Below, one piece after another: positions 1 to 12,800 of a stretch of 64,000 bases of DNA (within the stretch, counting starts at the first letter, position 1; every line of letters begins with the position of its first letter). The notes below the pieces were generated by a model, which saw only the letters and a list, made by a program, of their open reading frames with translations, did not search any database and was not told the origin of the DNA. Source of the DNA: Iphione sp. A-MEVVRFRX5 (taxonomy: Eukaryota); assembly GCA_976226885.1 (NCBI GenBank), contig OZ320314.1, positions 126,914,001 through 126,978,000 of the forward strand, written 5' to 3'. The translations under genes were made by a program, and so were the position numbers.

Positions 1-318
1 CATGAGGTTCAGTTACTTGTGATAATACGAATACAATTAGTTATCGCTTACATTCTCCTCATGTTCTGCTTAATTTCGTATATTTTTGGTCAATAAGGAA
101 GTAAGTATTTATTAACAGTTCTGATCCTCATTGCTGCGTAACTATCAATAGAATCTTAGAGGTATGCAGCACATCTTGCGTCTTCAGTCCTTCCGGGAGC
201 TTGTTCCATTCTCCAATACCTATATAGTAGAAGCTATTTTTGAATAAAGATTTTACAGGTTTCATCCTAAACAATAACTTTGTATGTATTCCACCCCGTG
301 AAGAAACAGGAAATTCCA
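1..318 (-). mobile_element. 3' end of a CR1/L2-like LINE (5'-truncated)
   Basis: ORF 128..319(-) ends KNSFYYIGIGEWNKLPEGLK, the F..R...WN.LP-type C-terminus of LINE ORF2; it abuts the Gypsy integrase tail at ~320. Confidence 0.65.
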
Positions 319-620
319 CACCGAAATTACAGCGGTTCTGGGAAGCCTTATCATCGGCAGTTTACCATGTTAAGAAGGGTCGACGCGAGAGCGTGGTTCA
401 CGCCGACTTGTTAAAATCAGGGAAGCCACCCTGCGCATCGGCGGGTGAGGCAGCAGGGGAACCCCCGGCAACACGGACCTTCACGCTGGGGAGCTTGCAG
501 CAGGAAACCTCAGCCAATCAGGGAACGGTGGAGGTCTCTGTGCAGTACCTCTGAGGACAACATGGTATAAAACTGTCTGGCCCACAGGAAAGAAGTCATA
601 ACTCGCCAAGACCTTGCACG

Positions 621-3347
621 ATGATGAGGAAGAAGCCTGTTGACTTCATTTTCAAGTGTGCCTCTGACACTTGTGATCAGAAAGGCAATCTCAAGAGGCA
701 TGCCAGGCTTCACAAAGAAAGGGGATATGTGTGGCCCTGCCAGGAAAAAGTGTTCTCTCACCATGAGGACCTCAAACAACATCTCGAGATTCGACAGCAC
801 AAGACAGACAGTGGAGTAAAGGGACTCCTGAAGAAGTCGAGAGAGGGGTACTTCACCTTCTTTAAGGTTGAAGGGTCAAGTACCATTCGTGGCCAGCCAG
901 CCAAAGCCCCAGAGGAGGAGAAGGAAGATGACTCAGGGGGAAGTGAGACGGACAGGACCAAGAGGGGGCAGCGGAGGATGAAAGACTGGCCCAGGGGTGT
1001 GCCAGGGTCAGTGACCAAGCAGCCAGAAGAGGGGGTAGAAGAGGACTCCGAGGCCAGCGAGGAAGATAAGATGGAAAAGAAGAAGCAGAGGATGAAGGAC
1101 CGGGCAAAGTCGGTGGCTGCAGTTGCCACAGCCAAGCCAGCGGAAAGTGAGTCCAGTGAGAGGGAGGACGAGGCTACGGAGGAAAGCACTGAAATGTCAG
1201 AGGGCGACGACACCACCTGGGAGCCTAAAGCATCCCTCCCAAGAGGCAAGGAGTACAGACAAGAGGGGATACACCTAAAGGGACGAGAGAGCATACCACC
1301 CAGCAGAGGAAGTCCTTATGTAAGGAACTGCAAAGCACCATCTCGGATCTCCAGGAGCAGCATCCGGGGACAGCAGTCAGCTCTCCTGCAACTGTGGCTA
1401 AGGTGGTGGAGGCCATGGAGGCACTTGAGAAAGCCATGCTTGGGGCCTCCCCTGCTGGGGCAGAGGCAGTGTCACTGAGAAGTAGCCCTTCAGCTAAGAG
1501 GAGGCTGGGGGCGGAGGACCTTGGAGTAGCAGCAAAGAGAGGGAGCAGGCGTGGGCTCACCCTCTCTCCCCTGGTTGGCTGGATGAGGGGGCAATTACCC
1601 TAGTTGACATCACCACTCTGCCAATTCTCCCAGACCAGGCATCGACTCCGTGACTCCAGACGCCAGAGGAAGGGGCGAGGAAGTCAGGACGGCTGTCAAA
1701 CTTGTCCACACCCAGTATGCCACCCACACCCGCCAACCTCAGCGACCTCATCAAGCGGCTGGAACAGGAGGGGCCTCAAGCATCACCACAACAAGTTGCA
1801 GCAGTGGCCGCCACCTTTAGGAATCTCTCTGGGGATACCTTCACGACCCCCCCTGCCCAGGACTCAGTTCCGATGCCCAAAGGCAGGAAGAGCAGATCCT
1901 CCACGGAGGAGGTGGCCGAGAAGCTACCCGCTTGGGGGGGGAAGGACGAAGAGGTGCAAGTGGGAAAGGACTCTGCCCCCCTTGAACTCCAATATATAGA
2001 AGTCGGAGGAATAGTGGAAATACATGAGGCGATGACTCCAGCTGGAAGGGAAGCCAAGACCTCGGAGCCATCACACCAGCCCCAACAGCCACCCACCAAG
2101 CTGCTGCAATGGGACCCCTGGAGCATGGCCAAGCAGGTCCTGGCTTGGCAGGAGAAGCAGAGGGCCCTCGCAACTGATTTGACTGAGCAGGCAACTGGGG
2201 AGCCTGCACCACCGCCGCCAAAAAGCAGTGGAGGGAAGACGCAACCCATGACACAGCACCAGCCAAGGAGACCGAGTCAGCCACCCGGACACTGGTGGCA
2301 ATGATAACGGTGCCCAGTTACGGGCATGACGACCAGCCAGGGGGTGGACCAGCCTCTGCAACTATGCCACTGGCCAGCGACCTGGAGGTTCAACCTGAGC
2401 TTTGGGGTTTGGGCTGCGAGGCGCCTCCTCTGGGACCGGGGGGGGGGGGGCGAGGGCGGCAAGGCAGCCAAGCCGGCCCCTCCCCACGTCAAGCAGGTGG
2501 AGGACTTGCTGACCCCCATGACAACGCCACCGCCAACCATTCCTAGGGTGGAGCCCATGCCAGTGGTGCCAGACGGGAAGGTACCCCCTCCGCAGGGCGG
2601 AGAGGGGGAGAACAAGGAGGCAGCCAGGCCAGCCCCTTCAAATGATGGGCAGATGGGGGCCGGGCCGGCTCCCCAAGTGACAACGCTGAAACGACCAGTG
2701 GATTGCGGTCAGTGGCAAGAGGGCAGAGGGGATCCCCCTTCACGACCAGAGTGGGACGAAAGCGGGGAGGTGGCCAGGCCAGCCCCTTCCCATGATGTGC
2801 AGACAAGGGCCAGGCTGGCCCCTCCACCGATGACGCCTCCACGAACTATCAACTGCAAGCAGCAAACTGAAGGCGGCGAGGAGCCCCCTCCACAACCGGA
2901 GGGGGACGAAAGCGGGGAGGCAGCCAGGCCAGCCCCTTCCCACAATGAGCAGTGTAGGGAACAGTGGCGGCGCTGGGTGACCCTCTCGGTGGAGTGTACC
3001 CACTGACCAATGGAGGGACAGATTGATGCAGAAATTTGGTGGGAGTCGAAATGCCCTTTGACAGTGGACTCTGACCCCACGTTGGGGTAGACTATGCTCT
3101 CAGCGAGGGGCAGGTGCATGGAGGCCAGGTGCATGGACTTACCATTAGCATTAGACATGCACTGCAACTACTGAGAGACTCCGTCTAGGCTGATGCTGAG
3201 GTACTCGTCTCTTGGTTCCACCATCAGATGGAACAGCTGGGAGAATTAAGTATTGAGGATTTCAAGTTAGAGTTGACAACTGATGACAAGTCTGCCACCG
3301 TTGAGGTAGAGGAGTTATTTTCTGTAGTTCTGGATGAGTTTGTTTAG
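621..3347 (+). pseudogene. Frameshifted extra ORF inside the Gypsy element: two degenerate C2H2-like zinc fingers, acidic tract, Pro-rich repeats
   Basis: FKCASDTCDQKGNLKRHARLH and CQEKVFSHHEDLKQHLEIRQH in ORF 621..1478; coding-like GC-rich sequence continues through ORFs 1394-1603, 1702-2304, 2326-3006 to a TAG at 3345-3347. Confidence 0.6.
2455..2950 (+). repeat. 150-bp (50-codon) coding tandem repeat, ~3-4 copies
   Basis: GAGG(C/T)(A/G)GCCAGGCCAGCCCCTTC recurs at 2617, 2767, 2917, with a degenerate copy at ~2461 (EAARPAPS). Confidence 0.8.
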
Positions 3348-3385
3348 CTTTTCTCGGAGTGAGAAAAGTTTAAGTGGGGGGCAGA

Positions 3386-3638
3386 GTTGCAAGGGACAGT
3401 GGCAGGACGGGGGTTACTGTGTATTCAGCGGAGGTGCAGAGGGTTTAGTGTGTTCGGGGAAGGTGCAGAGGATGGCAGAGGGGTGGAGGGAGTTTCAGTT
3501 GTATATAAGAGGGGTTCACGGAGGGGTCTGACCAGTTGTTGATTGTACGTTGCTGCTTAATGTCCTTCAAGAATAAAACTACTCATTGAATTTTACACCA
3601 ACTGGAAGTTTATTCTGTCGCTATGGCCAAAGCTAACA
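3386..3638 (+). repeat. Putative 3' LTR (~250 bp)
   Basis: Follows the PPT; TATATAA at ~3502, AATAAA at 3572-3577, ends ...CTAACA at 3638; no second copy in the window. Confidence 0.5.
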
Positions 3639-3708
3639 ATATACTGGGATCATTTTGGTTCTCCACCAGTTTTAGATTATAAAGACTTTTCCAGTCTTAG
3701 GGAGCTAA

Positions 3709-3779
3709 CACCAGTTGGGAATTGAACCCCAGACCTTTGGCATGACAGGCCAACACCTAACCATCTGAGCTAAAGGGGA
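3709..3779 (-). pseudogene. tRNA-Asp(GTC)-like pseudogene or tRNA-derived SINE head
   Basis: Minus strand has A box TAGCTCAGATGG, anticodon arm TTGGC-CTGTCAT-GCCAA (perfect 5-bp stem) and B box GGTTCAATTCC; the acceptor stem does not pair. Confidence 0.65.
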
Positions 3780-3884
3780 AACCCCACTAGCCAAGGGCTA
3801 GAGGTTGACCTTATCACCTCAATAATTTAACACAAGTAATAAGGAACCATAATAAATATTTTTTAATTTGCTCTTTATTTATGT

Positions 3885-4430
3885 AAGGTATACATGCTGT
3901 GCCTGTATGCCATTATGCCCACTGTTCACTTCTTGCTTGATGGACACAGGGTGGGGTTAGTCATGAGAATATTACTGTGTATAACATGCATTGTTGTTCC
4001 CAGCATAATCTAACAAATCACAGTCACTTTATGGCAGTAAACATAAAATAATAGCTAACATAACATTGTGTGACTTTTACCTGTAAGATAACATTATCAA
4101 CTAATAATATAAGCATTGTGATGCAGAGTAATGTTTATTATTAGAGTTCATAATGCAAGGTCACCATCAGGTCAATTTTAGTATGAACCTTGCACCCAGC
4201 TCATAACCCAATAATTTATTCCTTCTCCGGGGGTAATTGTAAAACAACTCTTGACAGCTGTCAACACCTTACACCATAAACTTTATCAAATAGATGGGCC
4301 TACGAAAAAAATCTTTTACTGCTTGTGTCATCAAACATGTCAGCAACACATGCAGAATACAACTCAGCTTGTACACTGCACAAACAGTTCCCTATATCTA
4401 GCCACTCTGCAGTGCATTAATTTTCTAATT
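3885..4430. repeat. Paralogous 3'-flank block of the transporter gene unit
   Basis: 3885-4015 matches ~18410-18530 and ~51765-51885 (direct); 4020-4430 matches ~39490-39905 (inverted). Confidence 0.8.
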
Positions 4431-4827
4431 TGTTTTCATTGCTCATAACAATAAACATAACATTATCAAAATAACAAATCCTTATTTCAGTTTTTTGCAT
4501 AAGATTACTCAATAACAATGCATTATCTGAGTTACCGTATAATGCTGGCAGGTAGGAAAATATGCTAAACAGCCACTGCGTTACAGGTGGCACACATAGA
4601 TAAAGCATTATTATGATATTGATGTGATGTGAACTATCAATTCAGTTGACATTTGAGCACCATGAGTCATTTGGTACATTGATTGAATGTATTAGAATTA
4701 TCATTCAAGATCTGGCTGAAAGTATTTCCTTATATCACAGGTGGTCTTAATCTTGAGTTGCCACTCTGCTTTAAAAAGATTTAATGGTTTTCAAAAAAAT
4801 GTTTATCAGGCATTCATTAATCATTTA

Positions 4828-5108
4828 TCAAACTTCTATATTTTGCTGCTCAATATAAGACAGATAGGTACATGTTATTGTAGATACAAGTATTGTAATA
4901 GCTCCACTGATCTCAGTAATATTATGATATCCAGTTATAAATATATTAGGTAAAAGATACTGCAGACAAAAATTATAGACAGAACTTATATTAAATAAGA
5001 GGATAGAAGCAACTGGATGTATCTTTTGCATAGTGTAGATATTATGATAGATTCACAGGAGGCTGATAAACTGTGTCCGAGTACAAGGAAAAGAACTGCA
5101 TGATTGCA
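4828..5108 (-). pseudogene. 3' fragment of an SLC35G/EamA-like transporter (copy E)
   Basis: MQKIHPVASILLFNISSVYNFCLQYLLPNIFITG...YIEQQNIEV* is paralogous to 21915-22958; 1-nt deletion near 5040; truncated at ~5108 by an LTR-like repeat. Confidence 0.9.
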
Positions 5109-5109
5109 G

Positions 5110-5815
5110 ACTCCCCTCAGCCAATGGGAGGAGAGGAGCTAGGGACAGAATAGGATATAAGGAGCATGCACGCCCTCTCTGGGCATCTCTCACTCCTGGG
5201 ATCACCACCTGAAGACACTGGCCGAGACCAGATCAAAGCTCTCCTGCACCCAGAAGCTTCCAAGCCTCCAGTCTTCACCAGGCAGTCAGTCAGCCAGCCA
5301 GGCTCCCCAGCCAGCCAGCCTGCCAGGGCCAACTGGGGCCCTCCCCTTCATCCTCTACAAGGACTCTGGCTCTCCTGCCTGGGACTGCATGACAGAAGCT
5401 CTGGTCTGCCTCCTAAGTCCTACATCCACCTACAGTAAGTTTAGTTTGCCACATATCTGCCATCCCACTTGTGCTGTCAGGACGGGGAGAGCATCATCCC
5501 ATTGATGTGCTCTGAATAAAGCCCTCCAAACTTCATACACTTGGACTCCTTGTTATTCCCTTCCTGTAATAGACTGCTTCTTGAACCTGAAGTGATAGAG
5601 GTAACTTTACTGACACTGAACCAAGCAACACGGGACATAAAATACAAACTTTATTTATCCCTGCTGGGAGAAAGAAACATCAGATTAAGACCCAGAACTG
5701 GAAGCAGTCCCAGATCACAGAAGAAGAAGGAAACTCAGGACTCGAAGGCAGTCCAAGGTGAGAGGTGCTTTTATTCATACTACCCACCCCTACAATCCCA
5801 AGGGTAAGTGAAAAA
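5110..5815 (+). mobile_element. LTR-like repeat (5'-truncated), divergent relative of 20124-20770 and 54502-55300
   Basis: CCAAT at 5121, TATAA at 5156-5160, (CCAG)n tract, AATAAA at 5515-5520; aligns to the reverse complement of 20140-20680. Confidence 0.65.
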
Positions 5816-6413
5816 CCCCTGCCTACCTACCTACCACCACCACCACCGGTAGGCAATGTGAATTTCACACCTGGACCATTGTAAGTATAGGAGTGATTTT
5901 GTCGATGAAATAACTTGGGAATATGTATAAAATTAAGACATCATCCAGAATATGAATTCCACCGTAAGATGACTTCCAAGTAAGGATGAAAGCAGTAGCG
6001 GAAACATTCTAAATGAACTATTTTTGTACAGCACATACCAATGTCAGCTGCATAATATAAACATTGCCCTGCATGTGTGTTTTCCAATAGAGAATGCTTA
6101 AATAGACAGACAACTCTTGAAGAGCAGCTGGCAATTTGGGTTGGTTTATTACCATCAAATTTGGGTGACTTCTTCTTGGGTTGTGTTGGTAATGAGATTG
6201 TCTGCTTAGGTGCCTCTTAGTGCAGATTGTGAAAATTTGATGTTGAGACCCTAAGTGTGAGTGAGTGCAGCTATGTGACTGTGCATTGTATTAGTTAGTG
6301 TGGGTATACTGTTGTGTGAGGTATGTGCTTGTGTTACAATCGTTGATCATGCAACATTTAACTTGAGGAGCAATAGATTTTAATAGAGAAAATCATATTT
6401 TATTTAAAAGATA

Positions 6414-8380
6414 TTGTCTGATGATTTCAGGTCAGGGCCTGATTTGGACAAAGACAATTTGACAATTTCAGTTTTGAAATTACTCAACCAAGGCATTGGA
6501 GATGATTTGTCAGGGAAAACAGACAGTAGCAATGAGGATATCTCCTTGGCTGACCTCTGGACTCACCATCAATCAGGACAGGATAAAAATGAGAAGTCAG
6601 TTGACAGCAAATCTGACTCTGACATTTGGAAAATGATGACACTTAAAATACCTAAAACCACTGTTGAGGAAAATGACATTGACTTCCTCGGAAATGACCT
6701 GGGCTGACAACCTTGTACAGAGCTAACCAATGAAAGCAAATTGTTTGACTTTCCAGGCATATTTCTCTCAGTGACCTTCCTGGCAGCCATCATGAAGCAG
6801 ATGAATGGATACACTGATAAGAAAATTACTAAGGAGCCTGAACAAATCAAGATGAAATGGACCCCTATCTCGATTTCTGATTTGGAAACATTCTTTGGAT
6901 TATCCTTCCTGATGGCTTTTGTCGACAAATGGAAGTTTCAGGTTATCGGTCTACATGTGAGTTCACAGCAACACTGATCTTAGGCACGTCATGTTTCGGG
7001 ATTGCTCTGTCAGATATTGCAGTATGTAGTATTATTATCATCAAAATTTTTTTTAAAATTAATAATGGTAATGTACTATATCCTGACATGATCTGAGAAA
7101 GTTTGCTATGAATATAGTGGTAAACACTTTATCCACTTATTTTGCAGATACCTGTGTTTCTATGACTGCCAAGCCAAGCCACCAGTGGGAAATGACAAAG
7201 ACTACTAGCCAATGCGGAAAAATTGTCAAGATCTTCAACTCCTTCATCTCGAACATGAGTCCATGTTCAGATTTAAAGGAAAATTGTCATTCAAACAATA
7301 CATGCCAAATAAACCATCAAAGTGTGGTATAAAATGCTGGTCAGTCACTGAGTCAGTGACTGGTGAGTTGCTTTGTTTACATTTTGAACCCATATCCTAT
7401 AACAGCTGTAGCTTCCCAGAATAGACAGCAAACATATGAAAATTACCTCAGTTTGTAAACAGTGTACCAAATCATAGGTTCCTGAGCTGAAATGGGTATA
7501 GTTGGTTTTTTCAGGGTACATCTTGCAAATATTTCCCTATCAAGGTAGAGAAGACAGGGGTACACTGTCTCTGCATGACTATGTGCTTGACAAGTTGTTG
7601 GCTGCTACACAAATGTATGGAAATGGCTTCCTATTATTCCTCGATATTTACTACACCTCAGTGAATTTTAGTGTGTTGACAACTAAAAAGTTAGTTTGAT
7701 GTGGTACAACCAGGAAGAATTTACGCAGTATTCCAAGACATCTTGTTGTCAAAAAAATAGGCTTTGCAGATGAGCATGGTTCATATCTTTTCAGAAAGTA
7801 TGGTGATGTGATTATGGAATTGTGTATGTAATATTCACCACTCAATACAGTGGTCAAAACAGTAAGCCATTGCCTAAAAAATGCTGAATCTGGGCATTAT
7901 GAGAAAAACGTTCTGCCATGCACTGGCTCTGTAGCTGAATATTCAATATACATAGGAGGTGTCAATCTCAGCGATCAGTTGTGTCAATATTATCTTTTCA
8001 GAAAATGAACTAGAAAATGAACCATTAATGTACGTGGCATTTGATCATAGTCATGAAGGTTTACACATGCACCATGTACAATTCCCAGTGGCTAAAACGT
8101 AAACCCCTGACAGACTTCGTATTGGCATGTGGCCAGTCACTGATTCAGCAAGGTCTAGCCTCAAACCCCTTTGTGCATAGACAAATATGCCCTCCCTATT
8201 AACGATCAGTATCTCAATGTATGCCTGCCTACCTTGGCAGATGTTCCTTTTGTAAGGTTTGTTATGCTCGCCATAAGAAAAATCCTGCCAAATCCCTAGG
8301 CCAATCAAGTCCAGATGTCAAGAGTGTTATGCACATATATTCCTGCCAACATGTTTCCATATTTATCATGCACAGGAGAA
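6414..8380 (+). mobile_element. Decayed piggyBac (PGBD4-like) transposase gene
   Basis: ESMFRFKGKLSFKQYMPNKPSKCGIKCW, FLDIYYTS, CGTTRKN, IGGVNLSDQ and C-terminal CKVC; GT-AG intron 7363-7514 restores VTG|YILQ; multiple stops and frameshifts; no TIRs found. Confidence 0.9.
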
Positions 8381-10129
8381 CTATGTTGTCAGCCATGAGG
8401 AGTAAATGCAACATGATGATGACAATTGAAAAAATAATTCAGCTTTCAGCTTATCTTGACTTGTCGTCCTTCTTTGCCAATATTCAATGCACAATATTGA
8501 CAGTACAATCTGTTTCATAATAGTCTGTATATTATAAAATATTTTTGAGTCAACTGAATAGGAAAACAGTCCATGTATCAGACAAAATGCAAATATCACC
8601 ATAACATCCAAGCAAAACGGTCCCCAACCTGGTGACTAGATGTTTATATTATACTCTTGAAAATGCAATAGTGCAGCCATGCGAAGCAAGGAACATTGCA
8701 TGTAGAGTGTTGTTTTTCTGCAAAAAATTGGTATTTAAGAGAAAAGGTGAATTTAGGCCAGTAAATTATGACTGTATGTGCCATGTTCAAATGTATGAAA
8801 TTTAGAGGGAGTGATTTCTTGTCAAATGAGGTACAGTTTGTGTCTGTATAACTATTTGACAGGCCTGCACATTCCTCTGAATGGGACCCTAAAATTATCT
8901 GAATGAAATACTAGGAGGCCTGCCAAGAAGTGCCTATGTGAACCATTTGAGGTGCACCTTGTATATTGAAATTTAAAGTGCATTTTTGAATGTTTATTTT
9001 TTATCAAATTGTGATGTGTAAAGTAGACATCTTGTTGGTGCTGACCATTGGGAAATGGGCATAAATGGAACAACCAGTTATATAAGTCATGTCAGGAAAA
9101 GACTGTCAAGCTAAACTTTAAGAGATGGAGAACATGATTGTGGCTTTCCAGTTAAGAAGGTATGTGTTTGTGATCATTTTGGTACACAGCAATGTCCAAT
9201 CACATAAAGGTAGCCATAGGAAACACAGAAAAATGAAGATGGGAATAAACCATGTGATGACGGCCACGACATGCCCGCATTATGCAGCACAGGGAGGAGG
9301 CAGGATGAAAGAATTACATGTAGATATGATATAAATGGTCAGTTCTTACATATTGGGTGGTCGACTTAGGTCTAATTAATGTGAGGCAGTCACTTACTTG
9401 AGAATTATTGTTGCTAGGCTTCCTGTTCCTTAGGACCTAGTGCATCTAATCCAGACAATGCCATTGAGCCTTGTGGGCAGCTGCAAAGGTGGGTAAAATA
9501 TAGGGGCAATTGTAACCTGTACTGTAACCTAAGCATTATGCTGCTGAATAAATTAATGTCATTCTCAATAATTATATGTTCCATTCTCAATCTGACGGAT
9601 CCCTAACGAGGAGGCTGGTGCCTATGATGAGCAATACAATGGTCGTCCTGATGTACGTTTCCATGTTTCCAGATGCAAGTTTTCAAGGCTTCAATGTGAA
9701 TTATAATAGAACGGGGAACTACATAGAAATCCAGTAAAACATGACTGACACTGTGATGCAGCAAAATTCACCCAAAAAAGATTCTTACCCTTCTTTGTCT
9801 TACATTCATCTATTTGTTTTTGCTCTGCTACATTTGTGCACTACGTGTCACTAGATGATCTGGCTTTCATGCTGTATCCAAAGAAGAAGAGCAAGTGGAT
9901 TCTGACAAGAGATTTGACTGTGCCATGCCAACTCCCTTCCTCGAGTGGGTACATAGCATACCACACAAAAGCAAGAGCAAGAGTTAACGTAGTAAACGTG
10001 GTTATGGTATTACTCCTGTATCAATTGATGTTTGATGATGATTAAATTTTCTGAATAATGCAATCTTCCCTTTCCTGTTCATTCCTCTGTAGCTTTGTAC
10101 TGGTATTTATCGAAGCTTGCAGAATACCA

Positions 10130-11950
10130 TTTGGGAAAGCAGTTTAGTTTTCTGCTGAAACAAAGATGAACCTCAAATTGCCCTTTGGAGCACATTTCAT
10201 AACTCTTATGCTGTTTCTCATAGAGCATGTTGCACACTTGGCAGCTCCTCCTGATGGCTGTATAGGCAGGGTCATGCCGCTCTATGCAATTCAGGCTGCA
10301 TTTGCAGGGGTGTAGATAGGAGGCAATTCGTCATTGTTGATCCAAGCAAGCTGATTCACAAGCTCCTCACAGAAGTCCAAGCATGTGCATATCCTCAAAA
10401 ACATAGATGGGTACACCATTATATACCTGAGCCTGTTAGTAACACAACAACACAGAAACCCATAGTATCGGAACATTTTGCCTATGTTTCTATGCATTGC
10501 ACTGTACATTTACTACAGACTACTCACTTTGACATCTTGCCAGGGCAGGTATGTCTGGATGGTGAACAGGACATAGATGTTGAGAATAGCCACGTCCACC
10601 ATGTTGAAGAAGAGGGTCTCATCGGATGACCTTCATCAGGCAGCAGTACACTTCGGTCATCAGATCATATCTCATATCACCATGCTTTGTATGCTTTGAC
10701 CAGCCATTGTCTTTCAGGATCTGTTATGAGAACACATGCACGTTGTTAGAGACGGATCGATGAAGATGAGTGCTTAGTGCTTATGTGAACAAATTTTTCA
10801 GTGAAATCCCTGCTTTGTTTCTTGGAACAATTAAATTCTCCCTTTGTTTGGAATTTTTCATGCTTACTGCTGGATATCCTTGCTGCCACCTTGATGCAAA
10901 GTAGTTATCACAGTATACAATGTGTCCCATATTGAGATATGGTGCAGCAAGAGATGCAACCACATCATAGCCAGTGCCATTCCCATGCTCTTTCTGGTAC
11001 AGTCAGTGCTGGGCAGGACGGAATTGAAGGATCACTGAACGTAGAAGTAACGGGTACTGCCGACGTCATTTTTACTATTTATGACATTTTTATGGGAACC
11101 CACCAATCAAATCACTTAAAATTTGGACAATGTCTTAATTACATAATAATGACGTTGGCAGTACCCATTACTTTAACGTTCAGCTATCTGCTAATTAGTA
11201 ACAATGCATGTTTGTGAAACCACATATATTTCAATAAATCACTTTCATGCCTATGTGAATGCTTCCATGAATATCTGCACTACCCACAGCATGACTGCCT
11301 GTTTTAGACACAAGCCAAGTAGTGTCTCACCTGAAGTTGAATGTGTAACCAGTTTCGGGATCACACGTACACCATAACTGTAGGATGTCTTGGTTTATAG
11401 GTGATTAACGCTTCAACCAGACCATCCATTCAACAATGGATATACCCTGTTTGGGATAAAAGTACTGCTTGCAGACCATCTTCATGTGATCCTAAAATGG
11501 TAGAACCTTGGCCAGCATTTCAGTTGGGTCTTCTGTGCCCAGCTGTGCTATGTGCAACATTGCACTAAGGGCCTTCAACGTGAAATGAACTGATCCAGTC
11601 ACATACAATGAATGTTCGCTCGACTTAAGTAGCATGGGACTTCATTAATCATATTGCCATATTATAAACAATCACACTGCTCAGTACATTACTTACCCGT
11701 TTCTGGAGAGAAAACATTGGTACCATTTCCCAGATCACAGCATAGCTTGTACCCGGTTCCTATCGATAATGCCTTTACCCTCCAATTCATGGTAAAATGA
11801 TCAGGGAATAAGTTGTCTCATTTCCTTAACACTAGTCTCCTGCCAAGCACCATCATACCTATTTCCATATGATAGTTTGTCATGGGTGTGCAGCGAACAA
11901 TTTACATTTGTATTCTCAGTTGTCATCTCGAAAATGAACACAATCAGAAA
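10130..11950 (-). mobile_element. Second, different decayed piggyBac transposase gene
   Basis: WQETSVKEM, LAKVLPF..YFYPKQGISIVEWMV, LWCTCDPETGYTFNF (donor at ~11330), APYLNMGHIVYCDNYFAS, FFFNMVDVAILNIY, C-terminal RRSCQVC..HLC..NCF. Confidence 0.85.
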
Positions 11951-12099
11951 GGTTCAGTCAAAGCCACATAACCTTCATTGGTATGTCATTCTCACACCTC
12001 ACTAGAAATCACTGCCACCTTACCATTATTACAAGCACCACCCATGACAGGTAATGACATGACCATCATACTAACATATCCAGGCTATCCTGTATATTT

Positions 12100-12800
12100 T
12101 TTGTACCTAGGGTCAACTGGAAGAATTATGGAAGCTACTTCGGAATGTGTCTGACTGGTGTTTGCCAGAGAGGCTTGTTCTAGGGGGCCAAATGCAGTAG
12201 CATCCCAATTTTAAAGGCCTCCTGAGACCCTTTTGATGTCACGCTAAAAGACAAAGAACTCAGGATGGAATATAGCATTGTGCTTTTAGGATACACCATC
12301 AAGAGCCACTTGTATTTCACACAAGAGGTCAGAATATTGAAAGTAAAAATGTATACAGCTGCCTTGAATATCACTAGAACCAAGGCATTCATACCACTCT
12401 GTGGTTGTCTTGCTTTTTTCAAGGCATTAGTGCTAGGGCTCCTCTGTTATCAGGCCAACCTTCTATTCGCTCTTACCCTAGAGAGAACACTGGAATTGTG
12501 GGTACATGTAGATAGTTGTTCTCATGTAGCACTACAGACTAAATACCTACCAGAGTTTTGCAGGAAAAATTCCAGATAGACTTGGTAACGGATCTGGCTG
12601 AGACCAAAGGTATCCAGGGGGTACACCACTTGTACCACTTTGGCCTCTACCTTTGGTTGATCTTGGTGACACTATGAATGGTACTACAACCAAAGCATCC
12701 CTTGAATGACCAAAGAATGCTTGGTACACATGGAGCCTAAGATACCTTCCTGCATTGTTGTAGAATGCATTGCCAGAAAACAGGAAAGCAAAGAATTTCC
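12100..12800 (+). mobile_element. LINE RT C-terminal fragment (same family as 47760-48683)
   Basis: LLGYTIKSHL..ITRTKAFIPLCGCLAFFKALVL aligns with LLGYHIDGKL..ISRLKVILPLNACLLLLKALVL. Confidence 0.75.

Larger units (their letters stand above)
320..3638 (+). mobile_element. 3' portion of a Gypsy LTR retrotransposon: integrase tail, extra ORF, PPT, 3' LTR
   Basis: TPKLQRFWE-ALSSAVYHVKKGRRESVVHADLLK (320-420) resembles a Gypsy integrase C-terminus with the GPY segment deleted; purine tract AAAAGTTTAAGTGGGGGGCAGAG at 3364-3386, followed by an LTR-like segment. Confidence 0.7.

Noticed and set aside
758-1294. 178-aa Ser/Leu-rich minus-strand ORF and the many overlapping ORFs at 1200-3100
   Set aside because: Shadows or frameshifted pieces of the low-complexity Gypsy extra ORF
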